A DNA stretch of 64,000 nucleotides. Origin: Methanobacteriota archaeon. Lineage in GTDB: Archaea > Halobacteriota > Bog-38 > Methanoflorentales > Methanoflorentaceae. This document shows, one piece after another, positions 19,558-28,500 of this stretch; position 1 is the first letter of the stretch; every line of letters starts with the position of its first letter. The notes beneath the pieces were generated by a model. That model was not told the DNA's origin. It did no database searches and saw nothing but the letters and a program-made list of their open reading frames with translations. A program made the position numbers and the translations under genes. The stretch lies in contig CAVRAO010000002.1 in assembly GCA_963719035.1 (NCBI GenBank), positions 448,001 through 512,000 of the forward strand, given 5' to 3'.

Positions 19558-19875
19558 TCATCCGCGATCGTGAAGCGTTTCGTCTTCTTCGACGATTTTT
19601 TTCCCAGCAATGATCTCGTCGACGCTATGAACAACCCCGCCCAAATTCTCAATAGTCTGTAGTACAAGGTTGTAATTAACGTTGGTGCCCTCAACAGTGA
19701 TCTTTACGTTTTCAGTTTGCTGATCGACCTCATAGAGGCTCAAATTTACGCCGTCGACGTCTTGCAGATCCCCTATCGCACTAGCCACCTCGACGTTTGT
19801 AGGCTCATGAGGTTTCAGTACGTCGAGCACTAATCGCCTGATTTGAGACATTTCTCTACCGATCACCGTAGTCAA
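19558..19875 (-). CDS. DUF211 protein
   Basis: [14 protein letters not shown]...VHSVDEI. Confidence 0.85.
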   Translation of the reverse strand: MTTVIGREMSQIRRLVLDVLKPHEPTNVEVASAIGDLQDVDGVNLSLYEVDQQTENVKITVEGTNVNYNLVLQTIENLGGVVHSVDEIIAGKKIVEEDETLHDRG

Positions 19876-19899
19876 TAAACAGACTTATTCTTTATAATG

Positions 19900-20382
19900 C
19901 TATTTATGGTCCAGAATTAGCGCATTTAACGAATCGCGCCACTTTGAGAGATTATGGCCGTTGCATTGTAGCAGAATAATCCGATCTTCTTGCATAAACG
20001 TAACGTTGAGTGTACCGTTCACAATCGATACTGCTTTAATATCGCTGTTTTGTACGAGATATGCACCGGACGAAAAATAAGGCTTTACATAAAAGCACTT
20101 CTGATACAGCCTCATTGCCGCTGGTCTCTTAAAGGTGGTCAGCAAGCGATTTGATTCCACATCTTTTAAATTAAGCAGCACGGCTGTCATTGTCGCTAAG
20201 ACAGGACGAAACTTTGCGACCTTTTTTACGTTCTTCTTGCTAAAAACCGAGCCGATATAACGGTGGCGTACAATAGCCCGAGCTTGCGAGAGGAGCGATA
20301 CCGCCGTGAAACTAACCAAGAGCACCGTAAAAAGCACCGTTATGATGAAGACGTAGAGCAGCCCCGGAAATAATTGAACCAT
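19900..20382 (-). CDS. membrane-anchored hypothetical protein
   Basis: N-terminal TM followed by a soluble domain. Confidence 0.5.
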   Translation of the reverse strand: MVQLFPGLLYVFIITVLFTVLLVSFTAVSLLSQARAIVRHRYIGSVFSKKNVKKVAKFRPVLATMTAVLLNLKDVESNRLLTTFKRPAAMRLYQKCFYVKPYFSSGAYLVQNSDIKAVSIVNGTLNVTFMQEDRIILLQCNGHNLSKWRDSLNALILDHK

Positions 20383-20537
20383 GCGGGCTATTTACCCTCC
20401 TGACATGTTTCCTCGGACAGTTCGTCACACTATTGCGAGCGTACTTCGTTCTGCAGATTTGTAGCGTAGTTAAGCTAGGTCTTTGCAAAGCTGTCCCGAC
20501 AACTATCAAGATCTGACAGTCTTCATCTCTTCTGCTT

Positions 20538-21131
20538 GTGGCTCTCGCGGTTAACCTTTTCTATTTGTCGACGCATCAACCGTATATGCTCGAATTGCGA
20601 CGCAACACGGCGCATCTGTTGCTTGGCTCGTTTTTTGCGTTTTTGGTAGTGACGCTACCGCGCGAAATAGTTATTGCCTGCAACGTGTTGCTCATCAGCG
20701 GGCTAATTGTTGCTTCTTTTCTGTATCAGAAACATAAAATTGCTTTGTTAACATGGCTATTCACGCGCTTTGATCGGCCCGGAAAATTCACCGCGAGGGG
20801 TGCCATCATTTTTTTTGTAGGAACCCTGATCGCTGTGTTACTCTTCCCGCCTTTGTTTGCTGCACTAAGCATCCTTGTGCTTGCTATTAGTGATAGTCTT
20901 GCAACGATTGCTGGCCATTATGCAGGAAAACATATGCTGTTCAAAAAAAAGACAATTGAAGGCACTTTAGTTTTCTTCGCGTGCACGTTAGTTATACTCG
21001 TTTTGTTTATTGCGCCGATGAAAGCACTAGTAATTGCTCTGATCGTGTCTGCTACAGAACTTGTTACTCCAACATATCTCGATGATAACCTCACCATCCC
21101 GTTCGTAACCGGGCTGCTTCTCAGTCTGTAA
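20538..21131 (+). CDS. dolichol/phytol kinase-like CTP-dependent membrane kinase (start probably ATG at 20586)
   Basis: ELRRNTAH, SDSLATIAG, KKTIEG, DDNLTIP. Confidence 0.8.
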   Translation: MALAVNLFYLSTHQPYMLELRRNTAHLLLGSFFAFLVVTLPREIVIACNVLLISGLIVASFLYQKHKIALLTWLFTRFDRPGKFTARGAIIFFVGTLIAVLLFPPLFAALSILVLAISDSLATIAGHYAGKHMLFKKKTIEGTLVFFACTLVILVLFIAPMKALVIALIVSATELVTPTYLDDNLTIPFVTGLLLSL

Positions 21132-21268
21132 CCGCTTCTTCTGAGACGCATAACGGAGAAAGTGTCGAACGTGCACGCGATAATCTGCTTTTGCAGAACC
21201 AAGCTCCATATAAAACGACACCAACAGCGTCATTATATGAAAACGGTTCTACCGCTTAAAAAAACGTT

Positions 21269-21757
21269 TCAAGGCCCACCAGAGGAGGGCTCCTCAAACT
21301 GTTCGGGGAACCCCTTTTTAAGCGCTGCCAAAACGCGAAACATCTTGACATCTATGGCGTCCTCTGGATTATCAAGAAAAAGCCCTAGAGAGACTGCGTA
21401 AGCAATATCGTCAATCAGATTCGCCGCGATATTTAAGCGACCCTTTTCAGAGAGCTCAGATAGAATAAGGGAGATGTCGAACGCACGGTCCATTATGTAG
21501 TCGGCCCCGACTCTGTTGACTCTTTTAGCGACGTTATCCATTTGTGAGCCCAAAATAGCTTTTGGATCTTCTACCGCCGGGATGTCCAGATTCTTGTATA
21601 CGAGATCGCCTTGGTTCTGGACCAAAAGATAAAGGTGCTCACAATACGTGTCCGAACCTGCATGATTTGTACAGTCTTCGCCACATAGCACCTCGCAGTG
21701 GGGAAGCATGCCTCGTGCTTGATAAGCGTCCATTTGAAACTTAGCACACATGAACAT
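21269..21757 (-). CDS. hypothetical protein with a Cys-rich N-terminus
   Basis: 162-aa ORF with AT-rich upstream region. Confidence 0.5.
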   Translation of the reverse strand: MFMCAKFQMDAYQARGMLPHCEVLCGEDCTNHAGSDTYCEHLYLLVQNQGDLVYKNLDIPAVEDPKAILGSQMDNVAKRVNRVGADYIMDRAFDISLILSELSEKGRLNIAANLIDDIAYAVSLGLFLDNPEDAIDVKMFRVLAALKKGFPEQFEEPSSGGP

Positions 21758-21912
21758 AACTATTACAATTTAGATGCAACTAATATAAATCTAAATTCTA
21801 ACGATGATGTGTTTGTCTTGTGCGTTATCTGCAAAAACGGCCAAGAAATAAACTGCACAATAACGCAACTTATGATTACTCCCCTAGGTTGTTTTATCTG
21901 AAAGGTGGCTGT

Positions 21913-23133
21913 TTAGTTCAAGTTCTTTTCAAGAAAACTGTTAAACCGTTCAGAAGCATTATATTGGCTGAATACATATTTCATTCTCTGGGCTGCTTCA
22001 TAATAGGCTGGTGCGTCAAGTATCATGCTCACAGCCTGCCTAGTTTTCTGTGAGGTGAGAGCCCCCCCGCGCAGCAATATACCGCAGCCGGCCTTTTCAA
22101 TAGCGGTCATTGACAGGTACTGGTCGAAATTTGTTGGAATGCCCAAGACCGGAACACCTTCATTCAGAGCCTGGTATGCTGTGCTTGCGCCACCGCTGCA
22201 GATCACCAGCGCCGAACGCTGTGCCACACTATCACCGGGGACAAATTCACATTTATAGACATGCTTTTGATGAATTTTTGTGTCCAATCTTCCGGCTGTG
22301 GCAGCTATGACGGTTACGGGGAGGTCTCTAAGGCCTTTTAAAATTGCTGGTAGCAACTTCACATTTCCAGATGAACCCATGTTTACATAAATCAGGGGAC
22401 GGGATAAATCAATATCATTCCACCATACAGGCGGCTCTATATCTGGTGACCATAGAATCGGGCCAAGAAATATGTGCGTGTCGGGCTTATTCTTAAGCGG
22501 TATAAGCTCGATCGGATCGGGGTAGAGGGTATAATTCCCCCAAGTAAGCATTTCAAGCAAACTGCCAACCGGCGGCAGCTCAAACTGCTGACGTATCCGG
22601 TTGAGCGGTTGTGCAAAACGATCAAATACGGCAGGAAGTGCCTTCGGGAAATAACGTGTCGCAATTTTTTCACTCAACAGCCGCACTATGGGATGGTCAG
22701 GCATAGGAAAGGAATCACGCACTGCAAAGGGGCTCCAATATGCATTAATTACGGGAGCATAGGGAACGTTACAGACCGGCGCACTCACTGCAAGGGAGAA
22801 ACGTGCATCACCGATAATGATCTCGGGCTTAACGGACTGTATTAACTGAATCTCTGCATCAACGTACCGCCTAAGCAGCTTTTGGGTATAAAACGACTTG
22901 CCATTTTCAGCAGATGATAAGAACGTTTTTTTATCCATCGTGAAAAGCTGCCAGTGCCGAAAGTCTGTCCGGCTGAAGATCTCAGGGTCAAAGGCTGAAG
23001 AGGCAAAATGCACTTCGTACTTCTTTTGATCAAGTGCGCGCGCCAGCACCAGGAGGCGTACCACCTGTGAGAGGGTGGTGTTCTCTACAACAAACAAAAT
23101 CCGTTTTAACTGCTTCGCTTGTTCTTCTGTCAT
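21913..23133 (-). CDS. GT1-family (GT-B) glycosyltransferase
   Basis: LIYVNMGSSG, VICSGGASTAYQALNEGVPVLGIPTNFDQ. Confidence 0.85.
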   Translation of the reverse strand: MTEEQAKQLKRILFVVENTTLSQVVRLLVLARALDQKKYEVHFASSAFDPEIFSRTDFRHWQLFTMDKKTFLSSAENGKSFYTQKLLRRYVDAEIQLIQSVKPEIIIGDARFSLAVSAPVCNVPYAPVINAYWSPFAVRDSFPMPDHPIVRLLSEKIATRYFPKALPAVFDRFAQPLNRIRQQFELPPVGSLLEMLTWGNYTLYPDPIELIPLKNKPDTHIFLGPILWSPDIEPPVWWNDIDLSRPLIYVNMGSSGNVKLLPAILKGLRDLPVTVIAATAGRLDTKIHQKHVYKCEFVPGDSVAQRSALVICSGGASTAYQALNEGVPVLGIPTNFDQYLSMTAIEKAGCGILLRGGALTSQKTRQAVSMILDAPAYYEAAQRMKYVFSQYNASERFNSFLEKNLN

Positions 23134-23528
23134 ACTATATCAGCTGATAGCTCATTCCGATGATGTTGTACGTTCAATATGGTGTACCTGTGGAGGCCAC
23201 GACGCGGGTTCGAATCTCGCCCGCGACCTTTTTTTTCTTTATAGGCGTCAGCTTCGCTTGCTTTTTGTAAAATAAGTGATTTTAGCTCGGCGATTTGAGA
23301 TTCTAGCTGATATAAGCGATTTTCTACGTCAGGATTCTGCATAGTTGTGCAACAGTTGTCTACTACTTTATAAGCTACGACTAAGAAAGCCAACTTTCTG
23401 TCAAGAACAGTTTGATAAATTTCCGCTTTAGACCCGATCAGTTCTTGAAATTCCCGCGGCAATCGAATAATAAGATAAATGTGTGAAGGCTTCGAGCTTT
23501 GGACGCTAATTTTGTGCGTGCAGATCAT
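23130..23528 (-). pseudogene. putative int(N) plus att relic (AbrB-like domain)
   Basis: KISVQSSKPSHIYLIIRLPREF...IYQTVLDRKLAFLVV; reads the tRNA half antisense as GRGRDSNPRRGLHR. Confidence 0.6.
23187..23228 (+). tRNA. 3' half of tRNA-His(GTG) only (att-type fragment, not a functional tRNA)
   Basis: Loop CT-GTG-GA, stem GGCCA, T-arm GCGGG-TTCGAAT-CTCGC, acceptor strand CCGCGAC, discriminator C. Confidence 0.8.
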
Positions 23529-23660
23529 CTCAGCACCACACTCAGGGCACGAGACAGCGCACTTTATGTTTTCATTGTGCTCGTCCCTCTGTCATTGTTC
23601 CACCTCTTGTTAACTACTAATTAAAGCGTAGCGGAGTATAAAATAGTGTTTTAAATCCAG

Positions 23661-24146
23661 CTACCGTTGGCGGTAATCAGCAGGCACCCCCCATCTTTCT
23701 GTTACATTATACCGAGACACTGTTGACTCGAAGTGAACCCAGATGGGTGCATTATCTAACTGAGGATGCGCTGCAAAAAAAGAACTATCGCCGTAGCGTA
23801 GGGCTTCAAGAACTAAGGGCAATTCATCTTGAAAGATTTCAAATCGAAATTGAGCAGATCCAAAAACAAACCCGCCACTCACGTGACAATAGACGTGTAA
23901 CGCCGGCCCTTCATCAGTGTTTTTCCACTCAGCAAGCACTTCATCTCTCATGAGCCTTGTATACCAACCACATACCTGTGATTCATTACAATCTGGGCCA
24001 ATTGTCAAAAAGAGCTCGCCTGTGATATCGGAGTGGGTTAGCGTATAACGGCGCGGGGAGATCGGATCCGTGGGTCCAATCCCAGCCACGTGTTTGACAT
24101 GCAACTTTTCCGGTCGCAATCTATTCTCGCGTCTGTGCGTATCCAT
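23661..24146 (-). CDS. Stay-Green (SGR) family protein, Mg-dechelatase homolog
   Basis: PRRYTLTHSDITGELFLTIG, RDEVLAEW, LHVYCHVSGG, ELPLVLEALRYGD, WVHFES, ERWG. Confidence 0.9.
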   Translation of the reverse strand: MDTHRRENRLRPEKLHVKHVAGIGPTDPISPRRYTLTHSDITGELFLTIGPDCNESQVCGWYTRLMRDEVLAEWKNTDEGPALHVYCHVSGGFVFGSAQFRFEIFQDELPLVLEALRYGDSSFFAAHPQLDNAPIWVHFESTVSRYNVTERWGVPADYRQR

Positions 24147-24401
24147 TGGTTCGCCTGCCCTTCAAATGTCCTTAAATTCCATCTCGTAGATGAATTGGGA
24201 GCCTATATCCTTATCAAAAGGGTATTGTCAAATCTTTGACGTCGTCTGTGTTCATTGATCGTGATTGTGTGCGACACCACGAAAGGTGAGGTAGACTCAC
24301 TTCTTGATCCTATATTGTTGCCACACGGTCTCTCAACGTAAAGTTTATCTTTTGTTACCGTTTTTGGAGGAGTGCTTAGCTTTCACTTATAGGAGGGCAA
24401 A

Positions 24402-24569
24402 ATGTTAGGCAAACTTCTACTAATTAAGATGCTAACGATAGCAGGGTTTGTGGTCATGCTGCTGCACGTCTTATTTTTCGTCGCCACCTTAGCGTTGCAT
24501 GCCCTGTTCTTAGCTCCTCGACTTGGAAAGATAATGAAGCGTAACTCGTCGCGGGACGCTTGTTGCTGA
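24402..24569 (+). CDS. 55-aa hydrophobic peptide or membrane-protein fragment
   Basis: AGGAGG RBS then MLGKLLLIKMLTIAGFVVMLLHVLFF... Confidence 0.3.
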   Translation: MLGKLLLIKMLTIAGFVVMLLHVLFFVATLALHALFLAPRLGKIMKRNSSRDACC

Positions 24570-24570
24570 G

Positions 24571-24779
24571 CTAACCGTGCGAGGACCTGCCTCTAGGAAG
24601 AAAGAAAACCCCATCGACAGGGATGATGGCGCCTTGAACATAGCTTGCTAAGTCACTCGAGAGAAAGAGGACGACTTTTGCCGCCTCGTCAGGCGCAGCC
24701 CATCGTCCTTTGGCAAGCCGTTGGTGAAAATCATATCCACTGTTGACAAGATCAAGCTGTACGTTTAAAATGGCACCCT
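24571..24779 (-). pseudogene. C-terminal remnant of an SDR oxidoreductase
   Basis: GRWAAPDEAAKVVLFLSSDLASYVQGAIIPVDG; N-terminus absent. Confidence 0.75.
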
Positions 24780-25679
24780 TCACCAGAACGGGGGAAAAAC
24801 TGCGGGCATCTTCAGAAGGGTAAAGACAGCAAAGGCCAGCCCGCCAAGTGCTGTGTTGACATACGGGAGATACCAGTAGAGACGGTCGATGGAAACCTCT
24901 TCGCGGAAAAGAAGTACTGCTGGAAAAAGCGGATATATGATTACTAGAAAGCTGAGCGGGTACAAGCCCGCAAGTAGGAGCACCAGCAGAGAAAATAATG
25001 TCCAAAAAGCTGTGCATAATAGGAGCGAAGAGCGCCTTCCGAGCCAGACTGCTGTCGTAGTGATCCCGGCAGCCCGGTCGTACCGGATATCCGGTATTGC
25101 GGAAAAAATGTGCATCGCCGATATATGCAAATACCCGGCGATAACTAACAAGAGCGGGGGGGTCTGGCCTGCTGCAAGATAATAACCAAAGATTCCCGGC
25201 ATGATATAGAGCATATTTGAGGAGAAATCAAGAACCGGGTGCTGCTTGAAACGGAGCGGCGGAGCAGAATAAAAATATGCAAGAAACAGAAATATAAGAA
25301 AAATCACCTGCTCGGTACGATCTTGCGTAACGAGGAGCGCCAGGGAAAAAGCAGCAAAGATAGTGAGCAGGAGCAGCGTTTTCCGGTGTTCGTTTGCTTT
25401 TAATTTGTGCTCTTTTCCCACTTTCTTGGGATTCTGCCGGTCGGTCTCCTCGTCCCAGTAATCATTGACGCCGTAGATAAACAGGTTTGCTGGGAAGAAG
25501 AAATAAAAAAGGTAGAGATAGTAGAGCGGAGAAAAAAAAATCTGCCAGTTTTCCATGCCGAGCGCGACACCCAAAACAAAGGTGCCACCGGTATAAATCC
25601 AGAATCTGAAGCGCGATATGGTAAAAGCGAGAGGGAGCAGGGATATGGAAAGTATCCGGTTTCCCACGTTAGATTTCAT
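24780..25679 (-). CDS. UbiA-family prenyltransferase, lycopene elongase type (LyeJ/CrtEb-like)
   Basis: SRFRFWIY, PANLFIYGVNDYWDEETDRQNPKK, YSAPPLRFK, HIFSAIPDIRYD; operonic with crtB and crtI. Confidence 0.85.
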   Translation of the reverse strand: MKSNVGNRILSISLLPLAFTISRFRFWIYTGGTFVLGVALGMENWQIFFSPLYYLYLFYFFFPANLFIYGVNDYWDEETDRQNPKKVGKEHKLKANEHRKTLLLLTIFAAFSLALLVTQDRTEQVIFLIFLFLAYFYSAPPLRFKQHPVLDFSSNMLYIMPGIFGYYLAAGQTPPLLLVIAGYLHISAMHIFSAIPDIRYDRAAGITTTAVWLGRRSSLLLCTAFWTLFSLLVLLLAGLYPLSFLVIIYPLFPAVLLFREEVSIDRLYWYLPYVNTALGGLAFAVFTLLKMPAVFPPFW

Positions 25680-26538
25680 ACCGTGGTGCACCCGGGAACT
25701 GAATCCTGCATAACGGGATATGCACGCTGTTGTAAAGGATTCTCATGATAATTCGCGAGATCGAAGGGCGAACAAAAGTCCTGTAAATGACAAATGGGTC
25801 CCTTGCTATCAAAGTAGCGGTCCATTTGTACATTTCTGCAGCAGTCCTGATGGGTATCAGGTACCGGTATGGTATAAACCGGTAGCCCCGTTCCCCTTCC
25901 TCCTGCCAGCGGTAATACTGGGCGATCTGTTCCCTGATAAAGAACCGGAACTGTTCGGGTGCGTCCCGGGCGTCTGACTCTTCCAGCCCGGAAAGACCGC
26001 ACCGTCGAATATATTCTTGCGAGAAATACACCCGGCCTAATTTCAGATCTTCTGCAATGTCGCGGACGAAATTGATATACTGCATGGACCTGCCCAGCAA
26101 CCGGGCATAAGGAAAGGACTTCTCGGGTAGATCAAGGATCCGTGCCATCATAAGACCTATCACCTCTGCAGAACCGTAGAGGTACTGATCGAGTTCCAGC
26201 TGCGTCTCGTACCGACTCTTGCTGAGATCAGCACGCATTGAAGAGAGGAAAGCATCAATCCACTCGCAGTCGAACTGTTTCAAGGCAGCAAGTCCTGCAA
26301 ACCCGTCAATTACGACATCCCCGGTGATGCGGCCATCCGCTGCACACTTCCATCGATCGCAGAATGCTTTAAATTCCTGCTTCTGCTGAGGGATGCTGTC
26401 AACAAAATCGTCTGCCTGGCGGACAAAGGCATAGAGCATAAAAACGTCCTTTCTCACTTCGGGCGGGAAAAAAAGGCTGGAATGGAAATATGTTCTACTC
26501 CCTTTTCTGAAGATCTGGTAGTGTATGGACTGCCCCAT
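25669..26538 (-). CDS. crtB: phytoene/squalene synthase
   Basis: GSRTY, LYAFVRQADDFVD, YLYGSAEVIGLM, QYINFVRDIAED...GRVY. Confidence 0.9.
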   Translation of the reverse strand: MGQSIHYQIFRKGSRTYFHSSLFFPPEVRKDVFMLYAFVRQADDFVDSIPQQKQEFKAFCDRWKCAADGRITGDVVIDGFAGLAALKQFDCEWIDAFLSSMRADLSKSRYETQLELDQYLYGSAEVIGLMMARILDLPEKSFPYARLLGRSMQYINFVRDIAEDLKLGRVYFSQEYIRRCGLSGLEESDARDAPEQFRFFIREQIAQYYRWQEEGERGYRFIPYRYLIPIRTAAEMYKWTATLIARDPFVIYRTFVRPSISRIIMRILYNSVHIPLCRIQFPGAPRYEI

Positions 26539-26553
26539 AGTAGGATACCTACA

Positions 26554-28047
26554 TTACTTATGGTATTTATCTGTAAGTTCAGCGGCCACTATTGTCGATG
26601 ATATAATGGTCATGGGTACACCGATACCGGGGTGAGTGTAGTGGCCGGAGTAAAAGAGATTGTCGACCTTTTTGCTTTGGTGGGCAGGTCGCCATAGGGC
26701 AGTCTGGAAGAGTGTATGCGAGAGGCCCAGCGCCGTGCCCTTGTACGCGTGATAGCGCTCTTTGAAATCATTGAGGGCAAACGCCTTTTTCACCACCACT
26801 GCATCCCGGATCCTGTCACCGGTCGAGGCTTCCAGTTTGTCCATGATGAGGGTGTAGAACCGTTCGCGGATTTCTGGTGAATCTTCAAGCCCAGGTGCGA
26901 GAGCCACGAGGATAAACAGGGTGTCGCAGCCAGGAGGGGCAGCCGTCGGATCGGTCATCGAGGGAACATTGACGTAATAGGAGGGATTTTTTGGCCATGC
27001 GGCCTTTTTTGGGTCAAATATCTCATCGAAGTTATGCTCCCAGTTCTTATCCAGAAAGAGCGTATGGTGTGCTAAGCTCTCAAAGCGCCTGTTTACGCCC
27101 ACATAAAAGACTATGGCTGAAGGGGCCATCACGCGGCGCTCCCAGTATTTCCTGTCATAGGTCCGGTACTCCGGATTGAGGAGCTCGAGTTCTGCAAACG
27201 CATAATCCGCATTCACGAGAACGATATCGGATTCATAGGTTCCTCCGGAGGTCCGGACTCCCTGTGCTTTGCCGTCTCTGACAATAATTTCCGTCACCGG
27301 TTCGTTGAACTTGAATTCTGCGCCATAGTTCTCTGCAAGATCTCTAATTACCGTTGCCACTTTCCGCATTCCCCCGACCGGATAAAAAACTCCGAGCGTA
27401 AGGTCGATGTGTGACATTATGTGGTAAAACGAAGGGGTGTTCTTAGGTGAGCCGCCTAAAAATCCGATTGAATACTCGACGATCTTTTTTGCCTCGTCAC
27501 TCGTAAAGTGCTTCGAAACAAATGTGTCAAGATTCTCAAGGATGTGCATTTTCCTGCCTTCGATCAGCATGCGGCCGGAGAAGAAATCAAAAATGGATTT
27601 ATAATCCCTGTAGAGCATCTCGTTGATCGAGAGGTCGTATTTTTCTTTGGCAGATGCAAGGTATTTCTTTAGTTTTTGGCCGCCACCTTGCTCAAGAGAA
27701 TCAAAAAGTGCAATATTTTTATCAAGGTCAGCGGCAATGTCCAGCACCTTGCCGTTGCCAAAATAGATTCGGTAGGAGGGGTCAAGTCGCGGTAATTCCA
27801 TCAGATCGTTAGCTTTCTTTCCGAACTCCATGAAAAATTTTTCATAAACATCCGGCATCAGGTACCAGGAAGGCCCCATATCAAATATGTACCCTTTTTC
27901 AGAATAGACACTGGCCCGTCCGCCGGGTCCTTCATTTTTCTCCAGTACAAGAACGTCGAACCCATTTTTTGCGAGCAGCGCAGCAGCTGATAGTCCCCCA
28001 AATCCTGCCCCGATAGTAATTACCTTTTTGCCGTTTTTTTCCGCCAT
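26554..28047 (-). CDS. crtI: phytoene desaturase family
   Basis: GAGFGG, FDMGPSWYLMP, GTALGLSHTLFQT, THPGIGVPM. Confidence 0.9.
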   Translation of the reverse strand: MAEKNGKKVITIGAGFGGLSAAALLAKNGFDVLVLEKNEGPGGRASVYSEKGYIFDMGPSWYLMPDVYEKFFMEFGKKANDLMELPRLDPSYRIYFGNGKVLDIAADLDKNIALFDSLEQGGGQKLKKYLASAKEKYDLSINEMLYRDYKSIFDFFSGRMLIEGRKMHILENLDTFVSKHFTSDEAKKIVEYSIGFLGGSPKNTPSFYHIMSHIDLTLGVFYPVGGMRKVATVIRDLAENYGAEFKFNEPVTEIIVRDGKAQGVRTSGGTYESDIVLVNADYAFAELELLNPEYRTYDRKYWERRVMAPSAIVFYVGVNRRFESLAHHTLFLDKNWEHNFDEIFDPKKAAWPKNPSYYVNVPSMTDPTAAPPGCDTLFILVALAPGLEDSPEIRERFYTLIMDKLEASTGDRIRDAVVVKKAFALNDFKERYHAYKGTALGLSHTLFQTALWRPAHQSKKVDNLFYSGHYTHPGIGVPMTIISSTIVAAELTDKYHK

Positions 28048-28500
28048 GCCAAGACACCGAATCCATATCGGGGCATCCTTTTAATATAGATTTGGCAGAG
28101 AACATTTGTAATCCAGGAATAATCAGCTATCCGCAGGCAACGCATTTTGGCGCCATTACTCGGCAAATTTGCTTAGTGGATTTGTAGACGGATAGTAAAT
28201 CCTAGAAGTAGTAAAAACGTCTAAATAAGCCCTTTCGAGGCTCTGAATCGGGTTAAAATCCCGAACCGGGCGTTCTTTTTCAATATAAGGGTAAAAATTA
28301 ATCTCTTTTTCTAAAATAAGCTTTTTTAGATCAACGATTTGAGATTCGAGAGCGGAAAGGCGATGGTCGTAGCCTGGTCAAAACTGCACGTTAGCATACA
28401 CTTCCTGTACGTCCTTATCAATAAACTGCATGTAGATTGCTGTTATCTTTATACTAGAGTGACCCAGCACCTGCTGCACTGCCGAACGAATGACCCACAA

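Noticed and set aside
23187-23228. Trans-spliced split tRNA half
   Set aside because: No evident promoter, leader or bulge-helix-bulge partner; its position inside an integrase-like ORF fits an att site better
28380-28400. Integron attC-like GTTAGC end
   Set aside because: No matching inverse core at a suitable distance, no cassette array and no IntI
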